A stretch of 64,000 bases of DNA from an uncultured virus (IMG/VR IMGVR_UViG_3300047094_002559) (taxonomy: Duplodnaviria > Heunggongvirae > Uroviricota > Caudoviricetes): IMG/VR virus record IMGVR_UViG_3300047094_002559; one strand, 5' to 3'. Positions 53,923 to 62,351 of the stretch are shown here, piece after piece. The position numbers and the translations under genes were made by a program. Position 1 is the first letter of the stretch, and every line of letters starts with the position of its first letter. The notes under the pieces were generated by a model. It was given only the letters and a program-made list of their open reading frames with translations. It did not search any database and was not told the origin of the DNA.

Positions 53923-54405
53923 TTAGATGTTTTTTCGTTCTGCCGCCTCGGCGGCGATCATCGCCGACATCAGTGGGGCGGCGTCAGTCGGCAGCACTTT
54001 CTTGATCGCCATCGGACGACACATGCCGTGTGTGTATGCCGACGCCTCCATCATGTCAGCTGCGCTGGGCATGCAATCGTTAGCGCGCGCAGACTTTGCG
54101 GTTTCCCCGCAGCACCCACGGCCGCACGGGCCGCAGTAGGTGCCGGAGGCGTGGCTCCTGCAGCTGCAGCCGCAGCGGCACTCGCAGAAGCTCGGGAGCG
54201 GCGGCGTGTAGAGACACACCCACTCGCCCAGCGCCTCGCGGCGGCCCACTTCAATCTGCGCCTCTTCCTCCGTCGCGTAGCGGTCGCCGACTAGCGCACG
54301 ACTCTCCCCGGACCACACCCCGTATGGCAGCGGGGGTGTGATGCTAACGATATTGAGGCCTTCGCGCACAACAGTCAGCCCGTCACTTGTGATAGTGGTT
54401 TTCAT
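53923..54405 (-). CDS. Cys-rich hypothetical protein (160 aa)
   Basis: CECRCGC...CGPCGRGCC; inside a promoter/terminator cassette. Confidence 0.6.
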   Translation of the reverse strand: MKTTITSDGLTVVREGLNIVSITPPLPYGVWSGESRALVGDRYATEEEAQIEVGRREALGEWVCLYTPPLPSFCECRCGCSCRSHASGTYCGPCGRGCCGETAKSARANDCMPSAADMMEASAYTHGMCRPMAIKKVLPTDAAPLMSAMIAAEAAERKNI

Positions 54406-54600
54406 AACGACAACCCCCTTAGCCCGTCCTTCAACAGGCGTTGGCGTCCAGACTCGGGGGAAGTCCAGAAGGCTGACTCAGCATGACGCCCCGGAAGTGG
54501 GGAACCCGGGCGCCGTTCGAAGCAGCGCCCGGGTCTTGTCGTCATTGCCTGTCGGCGTGCACACACACAGCCACCAGACGAATCTGGTAACCATGTATAT
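54404..54600 (-). ncRNA. Candidate structured 5' leader RNA (switch-like)
   Basis: 18-bp G-U-rich hairpin with UUCG loop at 54561-54600; 12-bp hairpin at 54504-54534; 10-bp pairing over the start codon. Confidence 0.55.
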
Positions 54601-54601
54601 A

Positions 54602-54636
54602 CAAAGTATTATGACACGGAAGGGTCTGGAATTGCA
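54602..54636 (-). promoter_or_regulatory. Conserved promoter motif
   Basis: TGCAAT-N13-GTGTCATAATACTTTG. Confidence 0.75.
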
Positions 54637-54648
54637 CGGGGTCCAACC

Positions 54649-54695
54649 AGGTAAAGGAAGTGCCGCCGCGGCCCCCGAAGGAGCCGCGGCGGCAC
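54649..54695 (-). terminator. Hairpin + TTTACCT terminator-like element
   Basis: GTGCCGCCGCGGC/GCCGCGGCGGCAC stem, then TTCCTTTACCT. Confidence 0.75.
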
Positions 54696-54701
54696 GTTGC
54701 G

Positions 54702-55070
54702 TTACAGGGCGGGGTCGGCGCCAGCAAGGAGGCTGCCGGTGGTGCGCAGGCGCTCGACGAGTTCCCGCAGTCTGGCAGCGACGCCAGCCACGAACGGGAT
54801 CTCGTAGTCGAGGTCCGTTGGTCCGCTAAGGACCGCCGGCAGCCACCCGCCGTCATCGTCGTCGGGCTTGGTCGACGCTTCGAGCCAGAGAACGTCGGCG
54901 AGGTTTTTGGAAGTGAACTCCGAGAGGAGTTCCTTCCGGTGTTTCTCCAGCGCAGCGATAACTGACCAGCCCTTGCGGGCTGCGTCATCACTGGCCATGG
55001 TTCCGAGCTGTTTGACCAGCTCACACAGTTCAGCCGCTTTTGGCGGCATCATGGTATTGGTGGTGTCCAT
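54702..55070 (-). CDS. Hypothetical protein (122 aa), probably leaderless
   Basis: ATG 55070 lies 7 nt after the CATAAG box. Confidence 0.7.
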   Translation of the reverse strand: MDTTNTMMPPKAAELCELVKQLGTMASDDAARKGWSVIAALEKHRKELLSEFTSKNLADVLWLEASTKPDDDDGGWLPAVLSGPTDLDYEIPFVAGVAARLRELVERLRTTGSLLAGADPAL

Positions 55071-55071
55071 A

Positions 55072-55105
55072 CAAAGTCTTATGACACCGCGCGGTCTCGA
55101 ATTGC
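55072..55105 (-). promoter_or_regulatory. Conserved promoter motif
   Basis: GCAAT-N13-GTGTCATAAGACTTTG. Confidence 0.75.
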
Positions 55106-55108
55106 GGC

Positions 55109-55153
55109 AGGTAAAGAAGACGAGCCGGCGCGGCCTCGTGGGCCGCGCCGGCT
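55109..55153 (-). terminator. Hairpin + TTTACCT terminator-like element (a similar hairpin + TTTACG precedes it at 55158-55195)
   Basis: AGCCGGCGCGGCC/GGCCGCGCCGGCT stem, then CGTCTTCTTTACCT. Confidence 0.75.
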
Positions 55154-55440
55154 GTTTCGTAAAGTGAACCGGGCGGGACCTCAGCCCCGCCCGGTGTATC
55201 GAGGCGATACGGTATCGCAGCACGACGCTGCGATTGATGAACACCAACCGCTCGAAGAGGCGCAGGACTCGCCTGCAGCTTTTCGAGCGGGGTGCGAAAC
55301 GAAAAAGAACGGACACCGTATCCGTCAGCCAGCGGCGCATCTGTTGCTGTAGATGATCCCACGCATGACGCAGGATGAACTTCACAACAGATGCGCGGGC
55401 TGACGAGGCGTGATGTGTTTAGACGGCGAACACCACTCAG
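55154..55440 (-). ncRNA. Candidate structured non-coding RNA (~290 nt, ~330 nt with terminator)
   Basis: Six stems of 8-12 bp between a promoter motif and a terminator; no credible ORF start. Confidence 0.65.
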
Positions 55441-55474
55441 CAAAGTATTATGACGCAAGATGACGCCAAATTGC
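55441..55474 (-). promoter_or_regulatory. Conserved promoter motif
   Basis: GCAAT-N13-GCGTCATAATACTTTG. Confidence 0.75.
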
Positions 55475-55475
55475 G

Positions 55476-56105
55476 TCAAGCATCCGAGTCGTCTTTGAAC
55501 TCGGCCGCGACCGCTGCATACTCCTCATCCATCGCGCGCAGCATGTCGGTCGGGACTCCCAGCGCACGCATCTGGTCGAGCACCATCAGGTATGCCCGCT
55601 CGACCTCTGTCGCATTCTGATCCTGATCCTCTTGCTCGTATTCGAGCGCATCCTGGATGTATCGCCGCACCGCATTCGAGAATGTCGGCGGATCGACGGA
55701 GTCGCTCGCCATCCCCATTTCGAGCACCGCCCACATGATCTCCGTAGCGTCCAGGTCATCGAAGATCAGCGTGTCGCCGAGGTCACCGTCGAACAAAGCG
55801 GTAGCGACCGCCACGAACACATCCGCGTCATACCAGAATTGTCCGTTCGTCAGCCCAGTGATGATCGCGTTGAGTTTGTTCTCCCCCTCCTCGGTCACCC
55901 AGGTTCCATACCGGGTAAACAGGTCTGACCACATCTCAGATGGATCCATCTGCTCCACGCCTGCCTCAGCATCCCCCATGACCGCGGGGCCGAAGGCGTG
56001 GAGCGCAATGACAAACAGGACGATACCAGACGTGTCAGCATCTCCGAGGGCCTTCCTTATCTCGCCCTCGTCCAGTTTGACAGATGCCGTCATCAAGCTG
56101 CTCAT
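55476..56105 (-). CDS. Acidic hypothetical (probable virion) protein (209 aa)
   Basis: Co-transcribed with the K-x-A-rich gene upstream. Confidence 0.7.
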   Translation of the reverse strand: MSSLMTASVKLDEGEIRKALGDADTSGIVLFVIALHAFGPAVMGDAEAGVEQMDPSEMWSDLFTRYGTWVTEEGENKLNAIITGLTNGQFWYDADVFVAVATALFDGDLGDTLIFDDLDATEIMWAVLEMGMASDSVDPPTFSNAVRRYIQDALEYEQEDQDQNATEVERAYLMVLDQMRALGVPTDMLRAMDEEYAAVAAEFKDDSDA

Positions 56106-56124
56106 AGTGCGTCAGGTGTTGGTT

Positions 56125-57192
56125 TCAGGCGGCGGCAGCGACGGTCAAACGTAGTAGAGTTTTTTGGTCGCTCTCCGGCCACTGCTCGACAGCGAGACTG
56201 AGGTCGCGCGCATCCCCGGTGTCCCGCAGACGTCTGAATGTATCCGCAGCAGATTTGCTGAGCCGATACTCCGCATCCATCGCATCGATCGAGCGGACTT
56301 CTTGCAGCGGCAGTAAAACGTCACGAACCAGGACGTGCTCCTTCGCCGCCTTTTCCGCATCAGAGGCGAGCGCGCCGCAGAACACGATGTCGAACGGCGT
56401 CGGCACCAGCGATGAGTGACGGTAGCTGTTGGAGACGCCAGCGACGAAATCGATGGTCGCAATTTTTTCCATGGCAGCGTCCGGCTCGGCCTCCAGGTCG
56501 GCGAGGGCCGCCTGGTAGTCCGCCTCCACCTGCTCCCGGATTGTCGCGTCCTTGCAAAACTGCGACCGTCCCTGAATTCTTCGTGCGGCCTCCTCTGCGT
56601 CCGGGAAGCGCTCTACGCCGTGCCGCATGATGAGATCCGGCAGTTCGTGCGACACGTTATGGTCGTGCGCGGCTTTCACGATCTCTCTGGCCGCAGCCAC
56701 GAACATCGGAAGCATGATGCGATTCTCCGCTGCCATCTTCGACAGCTCGAACGATGAATCGCGAACGTCGACCGCGTCGTTCAGCGGCAGCAGCTTGAAA
56801 ACTTCGCCACCGAATTCGTCATTGATGGCGTAGCGGCCCTCCGTCAATTCGTCGAGCGAGGCGCTCTTCTCGAACTCGCCCGCGAACAGTTCAGCGTAGG
56901 GCAGGATGTCCTGCTCGATGCCATAGTGGGCGCACGCTGACTTGACGCGTTCCAGCGTGGCGTCGTCGTAATTATCCAGATGCGCGAATACGTTGAGTGC
57001 TGAGTGAAAGGCTGCAGACTTTGTGCAGATTGGCAGCAGCCGGCGCTTCGTGTCGGCGAAGGCTGCCGATGCTTTCTTCTCGAATTCCGCCGCCTCCGGC
57101 ATGGGTTCGCTCGCGACCCAATCGGGAAACGGATGATGCATCTCTGCCCGATACAAAAACTTGGGATTGTTGAGGGTGTTGAAGTCTTGCAT
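56125..57192 (-). CDS. Putative head/virion protein with K-x-A motifs (MQDFNTLNN...)
   Basis: EKKAS, TKSAA, EKSAS, SKMAA and SKSAA; ATG at 57192. Confidence 0.65.
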   Translation of the reverse strand: MQDFNTLNNPKFLYRAEMHHPFPDWVASEPMPEAAEFEKKASAAFADTKRRLLPICTKSAAFHSALNVFAHLDNYDDATLERVKSACAHYGIEQDILPYAELFAGEFEKSASLDELTEGRYAINDEFGGEVFKLLPLNDAVDVRDSSFELSKMAAENRIMLPMFVAAAREIVKAAHDHNVSHELPDLIMRHGVERFPDAEEAARRIQGRSQFCKDATIREQVEADYQAALADLEAEPDAAMEKIATIDFVAGVSNSYRHSSLVPTPFDIVFCGALASDAEKAAKEHVLVRDVLLPLQEVRSIDAMDAEYRLSKSAADTFRRLRDTGDARDLSLAVEQWPESDQKTLLRLTVAAAA

Positions 57193-57310
57193 GTTCGTGT
57201 CGTAGAGGTGGCTGTGGGTATGGAGACAGCATAGCCGAATTTTTGCAACTGTGGAAGTGCAAATCCTGACGTGGACTTCCGGCAGAGGATCGCGATAATG
57301 CCAAACACCT

Positions 57311-59776
57311 GTGCGCATCATTACGGCAATCGACTTTCTGGGCATCCCAGTCACTCCACTGGACACGTGGTCACATCAGCTGGTGTGTCCGTGGTGTCAT
57401 GAGGATGCCTGGGCCGTCTCGGACTACCTCCAGTGCTACAATCCCACATGCACAACGCAGGCGGCGACAGCGGAGGATCTGCTCGCGCATCAGTTCGGCA
57501 GCTACGAGCAGGCCGCTCAAATCATGGCTCAAAAATATAAGCACGAGCCGGACTTTCAGAGGGCGAAAAGCCGCGAGGCGGAGCGCCTGGTGCTGGACAC
57601 GTGGTTGCGGTTCTGCGTCACGCCGCCGACGAACGAAGCGCTGCAGGCAGCGGGCCGGCTGCAAGCCAGTGGTTACGGCATACGCAGCAGCCGTTTCGGC
57701 GCCATCGTGTTGGACTCCAATCAGATCAAGCAGCTCGTCGACGTGGCCATGTCCACCGGGGCGGAAGTTCCCGAGGCGTGGCAAAAAACACCACCATCGG
57801 TCGTCCGAGCGTTCTGTGTGCAGACGCGCCCGCACACCGTGGACCGCATCATCATCATGCACCACAGCGGACGCACCGAGGAGATTATCTGGTACTCGCA
57901 CGCCGCGGGGTTCTGTTCGCTGCTGGGGTTGCGCCCGAACCAGCCGCGCCTTCTGGCTGCCGACATCGAGACGGCGCTGAAGCTTCAGCACGATCTGACC
58001 GCGGTTGGCAAATCGGAGGAGGTAGCCTGCATCCACCTGGACCTGCACCGCGGAGACCCGTGCCCGCGATGGGAAGTGCAGGAGCATCTGCTGACGGCGG
58101 TGCCACGTCACTGCGCAACGAGTTCGAACGCGAAGTTTTTCGGACCCAACGACATCGTGCGGATACAGAACGCGATGGACCACTTCCCGGGCGCGGAGGG
58201 TAGCGTGCGAGGTCTGCCGATCGACCATGTCATCAATCTGCGTCCGCGCGAGCAAGCGGTGGCTTGGTCATCGCTGCGCTTCGCCATGATCGCCAGCATG
58301 GTGCCGTCGACGGTCGCGCAGATGCCGCCGGCCGCCGCCAGCATCTTCGAGCAGACTGGCACCAAGGCCGAGGACGCAGCGGCACTCATCGACTGTTACG
58401 CCAAGCAGGGACGTCAGCGCCTGGTGGAGGACGTGGAGATGCTGGCAATGACACGCGTGATCCAGCGCGACAGGTCGATGACCGTAAAGGAGACGGCAAA
58501 CGACTACCGCATCATTCGCGGGGCTGACACAGCCCTGCTGACCAACTTCAGCCTGCGCATCACCTCGAACGTCACGTTCCGCAACCACAAGGCCGACCGC
58601 TACTGCCAGGCCACGATGCGCTGCGGCAAGGCCGTCGTGGACGTCATCTTTCCGCAGACGCTGCTCAACGACCGCGTGCAAAGCCTGGAGGGAGAACTGC
58701 AGCGTCAGATCACCGTGGCAGACATGGTGACTCAGGCCGGCAGAATGCCGACAGTCATCGAGATCAACAAGTTCAGGCAGTTCGTCGTCCCGCATCTGCG
58801 CACACAGGCGGCCAAGGCCAAACCGATCCGGGGCGTCGACATGCTCGGGTGGAGCGACAACCGCAAGTCGTTCATGTTCCCCGGCTTCGTCGTGACGGCG
58901 AACGGGACGGAAGCTGCCAGCCAGATTCTCTGTCCGTCCGTGCCTGTGCTGTCCCGATACAAGGCCATCCCGCTTGCGGGCTGGTCCGAGAGCTGCCCGG
59001 CGAATCTGGACTCTGCCTGCCACGACATCATCGCCATGATGGTGGCATCCAGTGTCCGATATTTCCGCCGGTGCATCACGCAGCCGATCATGATCGCGCA
59101 GAACTCAGCTGCGATGACCTTGCTGGACCGCCTGAGCACCGCGATGGGGCAGCACGAAATTCATACGCTGAACAGCAACGCCAGAGAGGGCAGCCGCATC
59201 GAGGGAATCTACGGTTACCCGCTGCTGGCCGCGGGCGCCCGCAACGCAGGCCTGGCAGATTCGCAGACGCCGTTCCTGCATCTGACCGACAGCGGATACA
59301 GCATGTCCACTCCTACCGAGCCGCAGCAGGCGGCCGCCGCGGGCCGCGCAGCGCAGTTCTGTCTGAAGAAGGTGGTGGAGTGGTGCCTGGCGACCGGCGG
59401 CGACGCGTTCCAGGAGGTGCCGGCGTTGATCCATTACCACTCCCTGCTGCGCGAAGGCCGCTGGCTGATCGAGCAGGTGTGCGGACTCAATGGTTGGACT
59501 GTCTCACACCTGGAAGCGACCGCGCTGGAAAAGCTGCTCGCGCAGATACCATATGCCGAGGCCGGACGCCGCATCACACTCATCGACGGACAGGATCTCA
59601 GCATCGACATCCGCGGACTCGATCATGACCACGACGGTATTCTTCGGGAGGCGCGCGACATGGGCACCATCATCGCCATCAACGAGGATCAGCTGGCATC
59701 GTCCGCGGTCCGGCTACTGCCGGCCATCGCAACCTACTACGGGCAGGAGCCGGACGTCACTGTTGTGGTGTCGTGA
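57311..59776 (+). CDS. Large hypothetical protein with an N-terminal zinc finger (possibly primase/helicase-related)
   Basis: CPWC...CYNPTC; LGWSDNRKSFMFPG is reminiscent of DUF927-type regions (weak); no intact Walker A seen. Confidence 0.65.
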   Translation: MRIITAIDFLGIPVTPLDTWSHQLVCPWCHEDAWAVSDYLQCYNPTCTTQAATAEDLLAHQFGSYEQAAQIMAQKYKHEPDFQRAKSREAERLVLDTWLRFCVTPPTNEALQAAGRLQASGYGIRSSRFGAIVLDSNQIKQLVDVAMSTGAEVPEAWQKTPPSVVRAFCVQTRPHTVDRIIIMHHSGRTEEIIWYSHAAGFCSLLGLRPNQPRLLAADIETALKLQHDLTAVGKSEEVACIHLDLHRGDPCPRWEVQEHLLTAVPRHCATSSNAKFFGPNDIVRIQNAMDHFPGAEGSVRGLPIDHVINLRPREQAVAWSSLRFAMIASMVPSTVAQMPPAAASIFEQTGTKAEDAAALIDCYAKQGRQRLVEDVEMLAMTRVIQRDRSMTVKETANDYRIIRGADTALLTNFSLRITSNVTFRNHKADRYCQATMRCGKAVVDVIFPQTLLNDRVQSLEGELQRQITVADMVTQAGRMPTVIEINKFRQFVVPHLRTQAAKAKPIRGVDMLGWSDNRKSFMFPGFVVTANGTEAASQILCPSVPVLSRYKAIPLAGWSESCPANLDSACHDIIAMMVASSVRYFRRCITQPIMIAQNSAAMTLLDRLSTAMGQHEIHTLNSNAREGSRIEGIYGYPLLAAGARNAGLADSQTPFLHLTDSGYSMSTPTEPQQAAAAGRAAQFCLKKVVEWCLATGGDAFQEVPALIHYHSLLREGRWLIEQVCGLNGWTVSHLEATALEKLLAQIPYAEAGRRITLIDGQDLSIDIRGLDHDHDGILREARDMGTIIAINEDQLASSAVRLLPAIATYYGQEPDVTVVVS

Positions 59777-60149
59777 CTGCGCACCAGCAGTCGTAACACC
59801 ACACCCCAGCCAGCATGAGCCAGCGCCGACACCGTGTGACTCTCGGTGACTGCTTCAGCTGCGTGTGCATCCATTTGCGCGCGACGTCGCGCGGAAATCC
59901 CATGTCCAGCATGCGGTCATGTAGCAGCGCAGCCGGTGCGTGCGCTCCGATCTGAGACAGCAGCGACTGCAGAAACCACGGCACGGATGCGATGTCGGTT
60001 CTCCAGCCGACAGGGAACGACAGCATGCAACCTCCGACTCCCAACTCCACCTCCCCGGCTGCGGTGCAGACGAGAGTTCGGTAGTATTCGTCGTTCACCA
60101 GGCTGAACACCGGGCGGGTCTTCCACGTGATGTGCGTGTTCGGATCCAT
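59757..60149 (-). CDS. DUF1353-family protein
   Basis: PVGWRTDIASVPW...AALLHD. Confidence 0.8.
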   Translation of the reverse strand: MDPNTHITWKTRPVFSLVNDEYYRTLVCTAAGEVELGVGGCMLSFPVGWRTDIASVPWFLQSLLSQIGAHAPAALLHDRMLDMGFPRDVARKWMHTQLKQSPRVTRCRRWLMLAGVWCYDCWCAVTTPQQ

Positions 60150-60151
60150 CG

Positions 60152-60364
60152 CTACGATGACGCGATAGTAAAGCCCAGCGGCAGTCCGCTGATGCTCAGG
60201 ATCACATCATCGACCGCCAACTGATTCGTCAGCAGCGTTCCGCCAGTCAGCGTCATCGGCCCCTTCAGTGCGAAGTCGCGCCGCATGGGAGGCGCGACCA
60301 AAGATCCGTCCTGTCGCCGGCTGTCGATGGTCATCAGATCCTCGATGGCGAGATGCTCGTTCAT
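60152..60364 (-). CDS. Hypothetical protein (70 aa)
   Basis: ATGA overlap within the operon. Confidence 0.6.
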   Translation of the reverse strand: MNEHLAIEDLMTIDSRRQDGSLVAPPMRRDFALKGPMTLTGGTLLTNQLAVDDVILSISGLPLGFTIASS

Positions 60365-60753
60365 GCCTCCTCGGGTTCGATGATGATCTGCTCCGTGATG
60401 GAAAGCGATTCCGCAGCCTGCAAATTGTTGGCCAGATCTTGCACCATCATCTCGACCTTCTCCACAAACTCCTCCGCGGCCTTCGCGCTGCGGCAGAGTT
60501 TCGTCACCGTGGACACCCGGTAATACGGGCTTCCCTCCGCGGGCTCCGACTCCGGCAGATCAGTCATCTGGATGGCGCTGGCGATGCAGGACAGGCTGTC
60601 CGCGGACACGTCCGGCTGTGGCGATGCCTGCATCACGAAGATGAACGCAGGCTCGTCGTTCCATGTGTAGAGCGCGGTGTAGCGCACCGGCCACAAGTGC
60701 CGGTTGTTGATCACATCCTCGTCGCTTATTTCTTCTCTCGTCAGTTTGAACAT
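60361..60753 (-). CDS. Hypothetical protein (130 aa), tail/baseplate cluster
   Basis: ORF in the structural operon. Confidence 0.7.
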   Translation of the reverse strand: MFKLTREEISDEDVINNRHLWPVRYTALYTWNDEPAFIFVMQASPQPDVSADSLSCIASAIQMTDLPESEPAEGSPYYRVSTVTKLCRSAKAAEEFVEKVEMMVQDLANNLQAAESLSITEQIIIEPEEA

Positions 60754-60773
60754 GTGGCGGGTGGGTTGCTGTC

Positions 60774-60968
60774 CTAGTCGCCAGCGACGGCAAGAGGCTG
60801 ACCGGAGATCGTGAAGATGTAGTTCGGACCGCCTGGCGTGGTGGGAGAGACGGCAAAAGTGAAATTCTCAGCGCCAGGGTCGGATATCAACGCTCTCACG
60901 TATTGTCCGCGCTCATCCAACAGCGGCGCTCCGAATGAGTTTTCAGGTGGTGTCAGCAGCAGATTCAT
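60774..60968 (-). CDS. Hypothetical protein (64 aa)
   Basis: ATGA overlap with the upstream gene. Confidence 0.6.
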   Translation of the reverse strand: MNLLLTPPENSFGAPLLDERGQYVRALISDPGAENFTFAVSPTTPGGPNYIFTISGQPLAVAGD

Positions 60969-62350
60969 AGCGGCAGCGGTTTGATGCTGACGAGAATGTT
61001 ACACGACTTCGGCCGGTGTTCGAACAAAAACCGCCACAGCCGGCTGTTGATTGGGGGTCCGTGATCGGCAGCCACAGCCAGCGCAAGCCGGCTGCCGTAG
61101 AACGTGTGCAGCATCTCCCAGAAATTCACGCTGTGTGGAAACGACGGAGCGCCCAGTTCCTCATGCAGGAAGACTCCGGTCGCGCGCTCGTGCAAGGCCG
61201 AGAATTCCCAGTAGCGCTCCTGCACCGCAGTGTCGCCGTCGAACATCAAGCGGGCATGCGTCTTACCATTGTGGGGCCCGGGTTCTGGGTTGGTGCCGCC
61301 GTCAGTCAGCATGACTTCGCTGACGCCGTCCCAGGTCAGCCCGTTTACAGGCAGGATGCCGTCGAGCGTGATCGGATGGTCCCATCCGGAAAACATCTGC
61401 TTTCGAAGATCCTCGGTGCTGGCGTGCCTGGTGTTCACCAGCTCGAACTTATCGCAGACGATGTAGCCCGGCTCCACGGTTTGGCCCGGCGTGAGATGGA
61501 CGTGCGGATAGGCGATCTCAATCGCCCCGGCGGACGCGGTGGCGTAGACCATGGTGTCGACACCACTGACCGCGTGCGCTGAGAGCACCACGTCGGCTGA
61601 GTGAAAGACGTAGAGACCGGCATACTCCGCCGCGGCCCTTTTGTAAGCCTCCAGCGACTGCGTCTTGTAGGTGTAATCGGCCACCCACTTGCTGCGCGTC
61701 AGCTGCGCAGGCGCGGACAGCACGAACCGGTTGACCGACGCGGTCTTCACATACGCGGAGTTTACCTTCACCACGCCCCTGGGCATCACCAGAGTCGGCA
61801 GATCGATCATGGCGATGTAACCTTCGAAGGCCAGGAAATCCACACCCTGCACCAGATACTCCCCTGCATTCAGACCCTGAATAACGATCGGCAGGATGTG
61901 CGACGGCACGGGAACCAGATACCAGTCACGACTCTGGTCTGCCAGGAACATGTCCTGGTCCTCCTCGACCTTCGCGACGAACTCGAGCGACAGGCGCGCA
62001 AGTTTCGTCGCCAACGGATCGGCGCTGTAGCCGCCAGCCCCGGACCGGTAGCCGGCGTAGATCGGCGTGCCGTCCGGCATGACGACGCGCCGGTGGCTAT
62101 ACTCCCGCTGCTTCTTGCCGATGACTGCGAATTCGCCGTCCGTAAATTGGAAGTAGACATCCTCCACGAGCACGCGCTCGCTGTTCAGCGCGGCGGCCGC
62201 CGCCTGATCCAGCTGGGCAAGCAGCGATGCGCCGCCTGCCGCGCTCACGATGGCGCGGATGATCTGACGGGTGGGCCCGTCGACCTGGCTCTCCCAGAGC
62301 GAACCCTGCCCGCCGTATAATTTGTGCCGCAGATCGTAGTCGGCTTTCAT
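60965..62350 (-). CDS. Putative baseplate wedge-type protein (461 aa)
   Basis: Directly follows the baseplate-J-like gene; YLVQGVDF beta motif; function inferred from position. Confidence 0.5.
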   Translation of the reverse strand: MKADYDLRHKLYGGQGSLWESQVDGPTRQIIRAIVSAAGGASLLAQLDQAAAAALNSERVLVEDVYFQFTDGEFAVIGKKQREYSHRRVVMPDGTPIYAGYRSGAGGYSADPLATKLARLSLEFVAKVEEDQDMFLADQSRDWYLVPVPSHILPIVIQGLNAGEYLVQGVDFLAFEGYIAMIDLPTLVMPRGVVKVNSAYVKTASVNRFVLSAPAQLTRSKWVADYTYKTQSLEAYKRAAAEYAGLYVFHSADVVLSAHAVSGVDTMVYATASAGAIEIAYPHVHLTPGQTVEPGYIVCDKFELVNTRHASTEDLRKQMFSGWDHPITLDGILPVNGLTWDGVSEVMLTDGGTNPEPGPHNGKTHARLMFDGDTAVQERYWEFSALHERATGVFLHEELGAPSFPHSVNFWEMLHTFYGSRLALAVAADHGPPINSRLWRFLFEHRPKSCNILVSIKPLPL

Positions 62351-62351
62351 G

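Noticed and set aside
54702..55479. 227-aa extension (start 55385) and the 149-aa ORF 55030..55479
   Set aside because: They run through promoter motifs, terminator hairpins and the structured RNA; ATG 55070 fits the promoter better.
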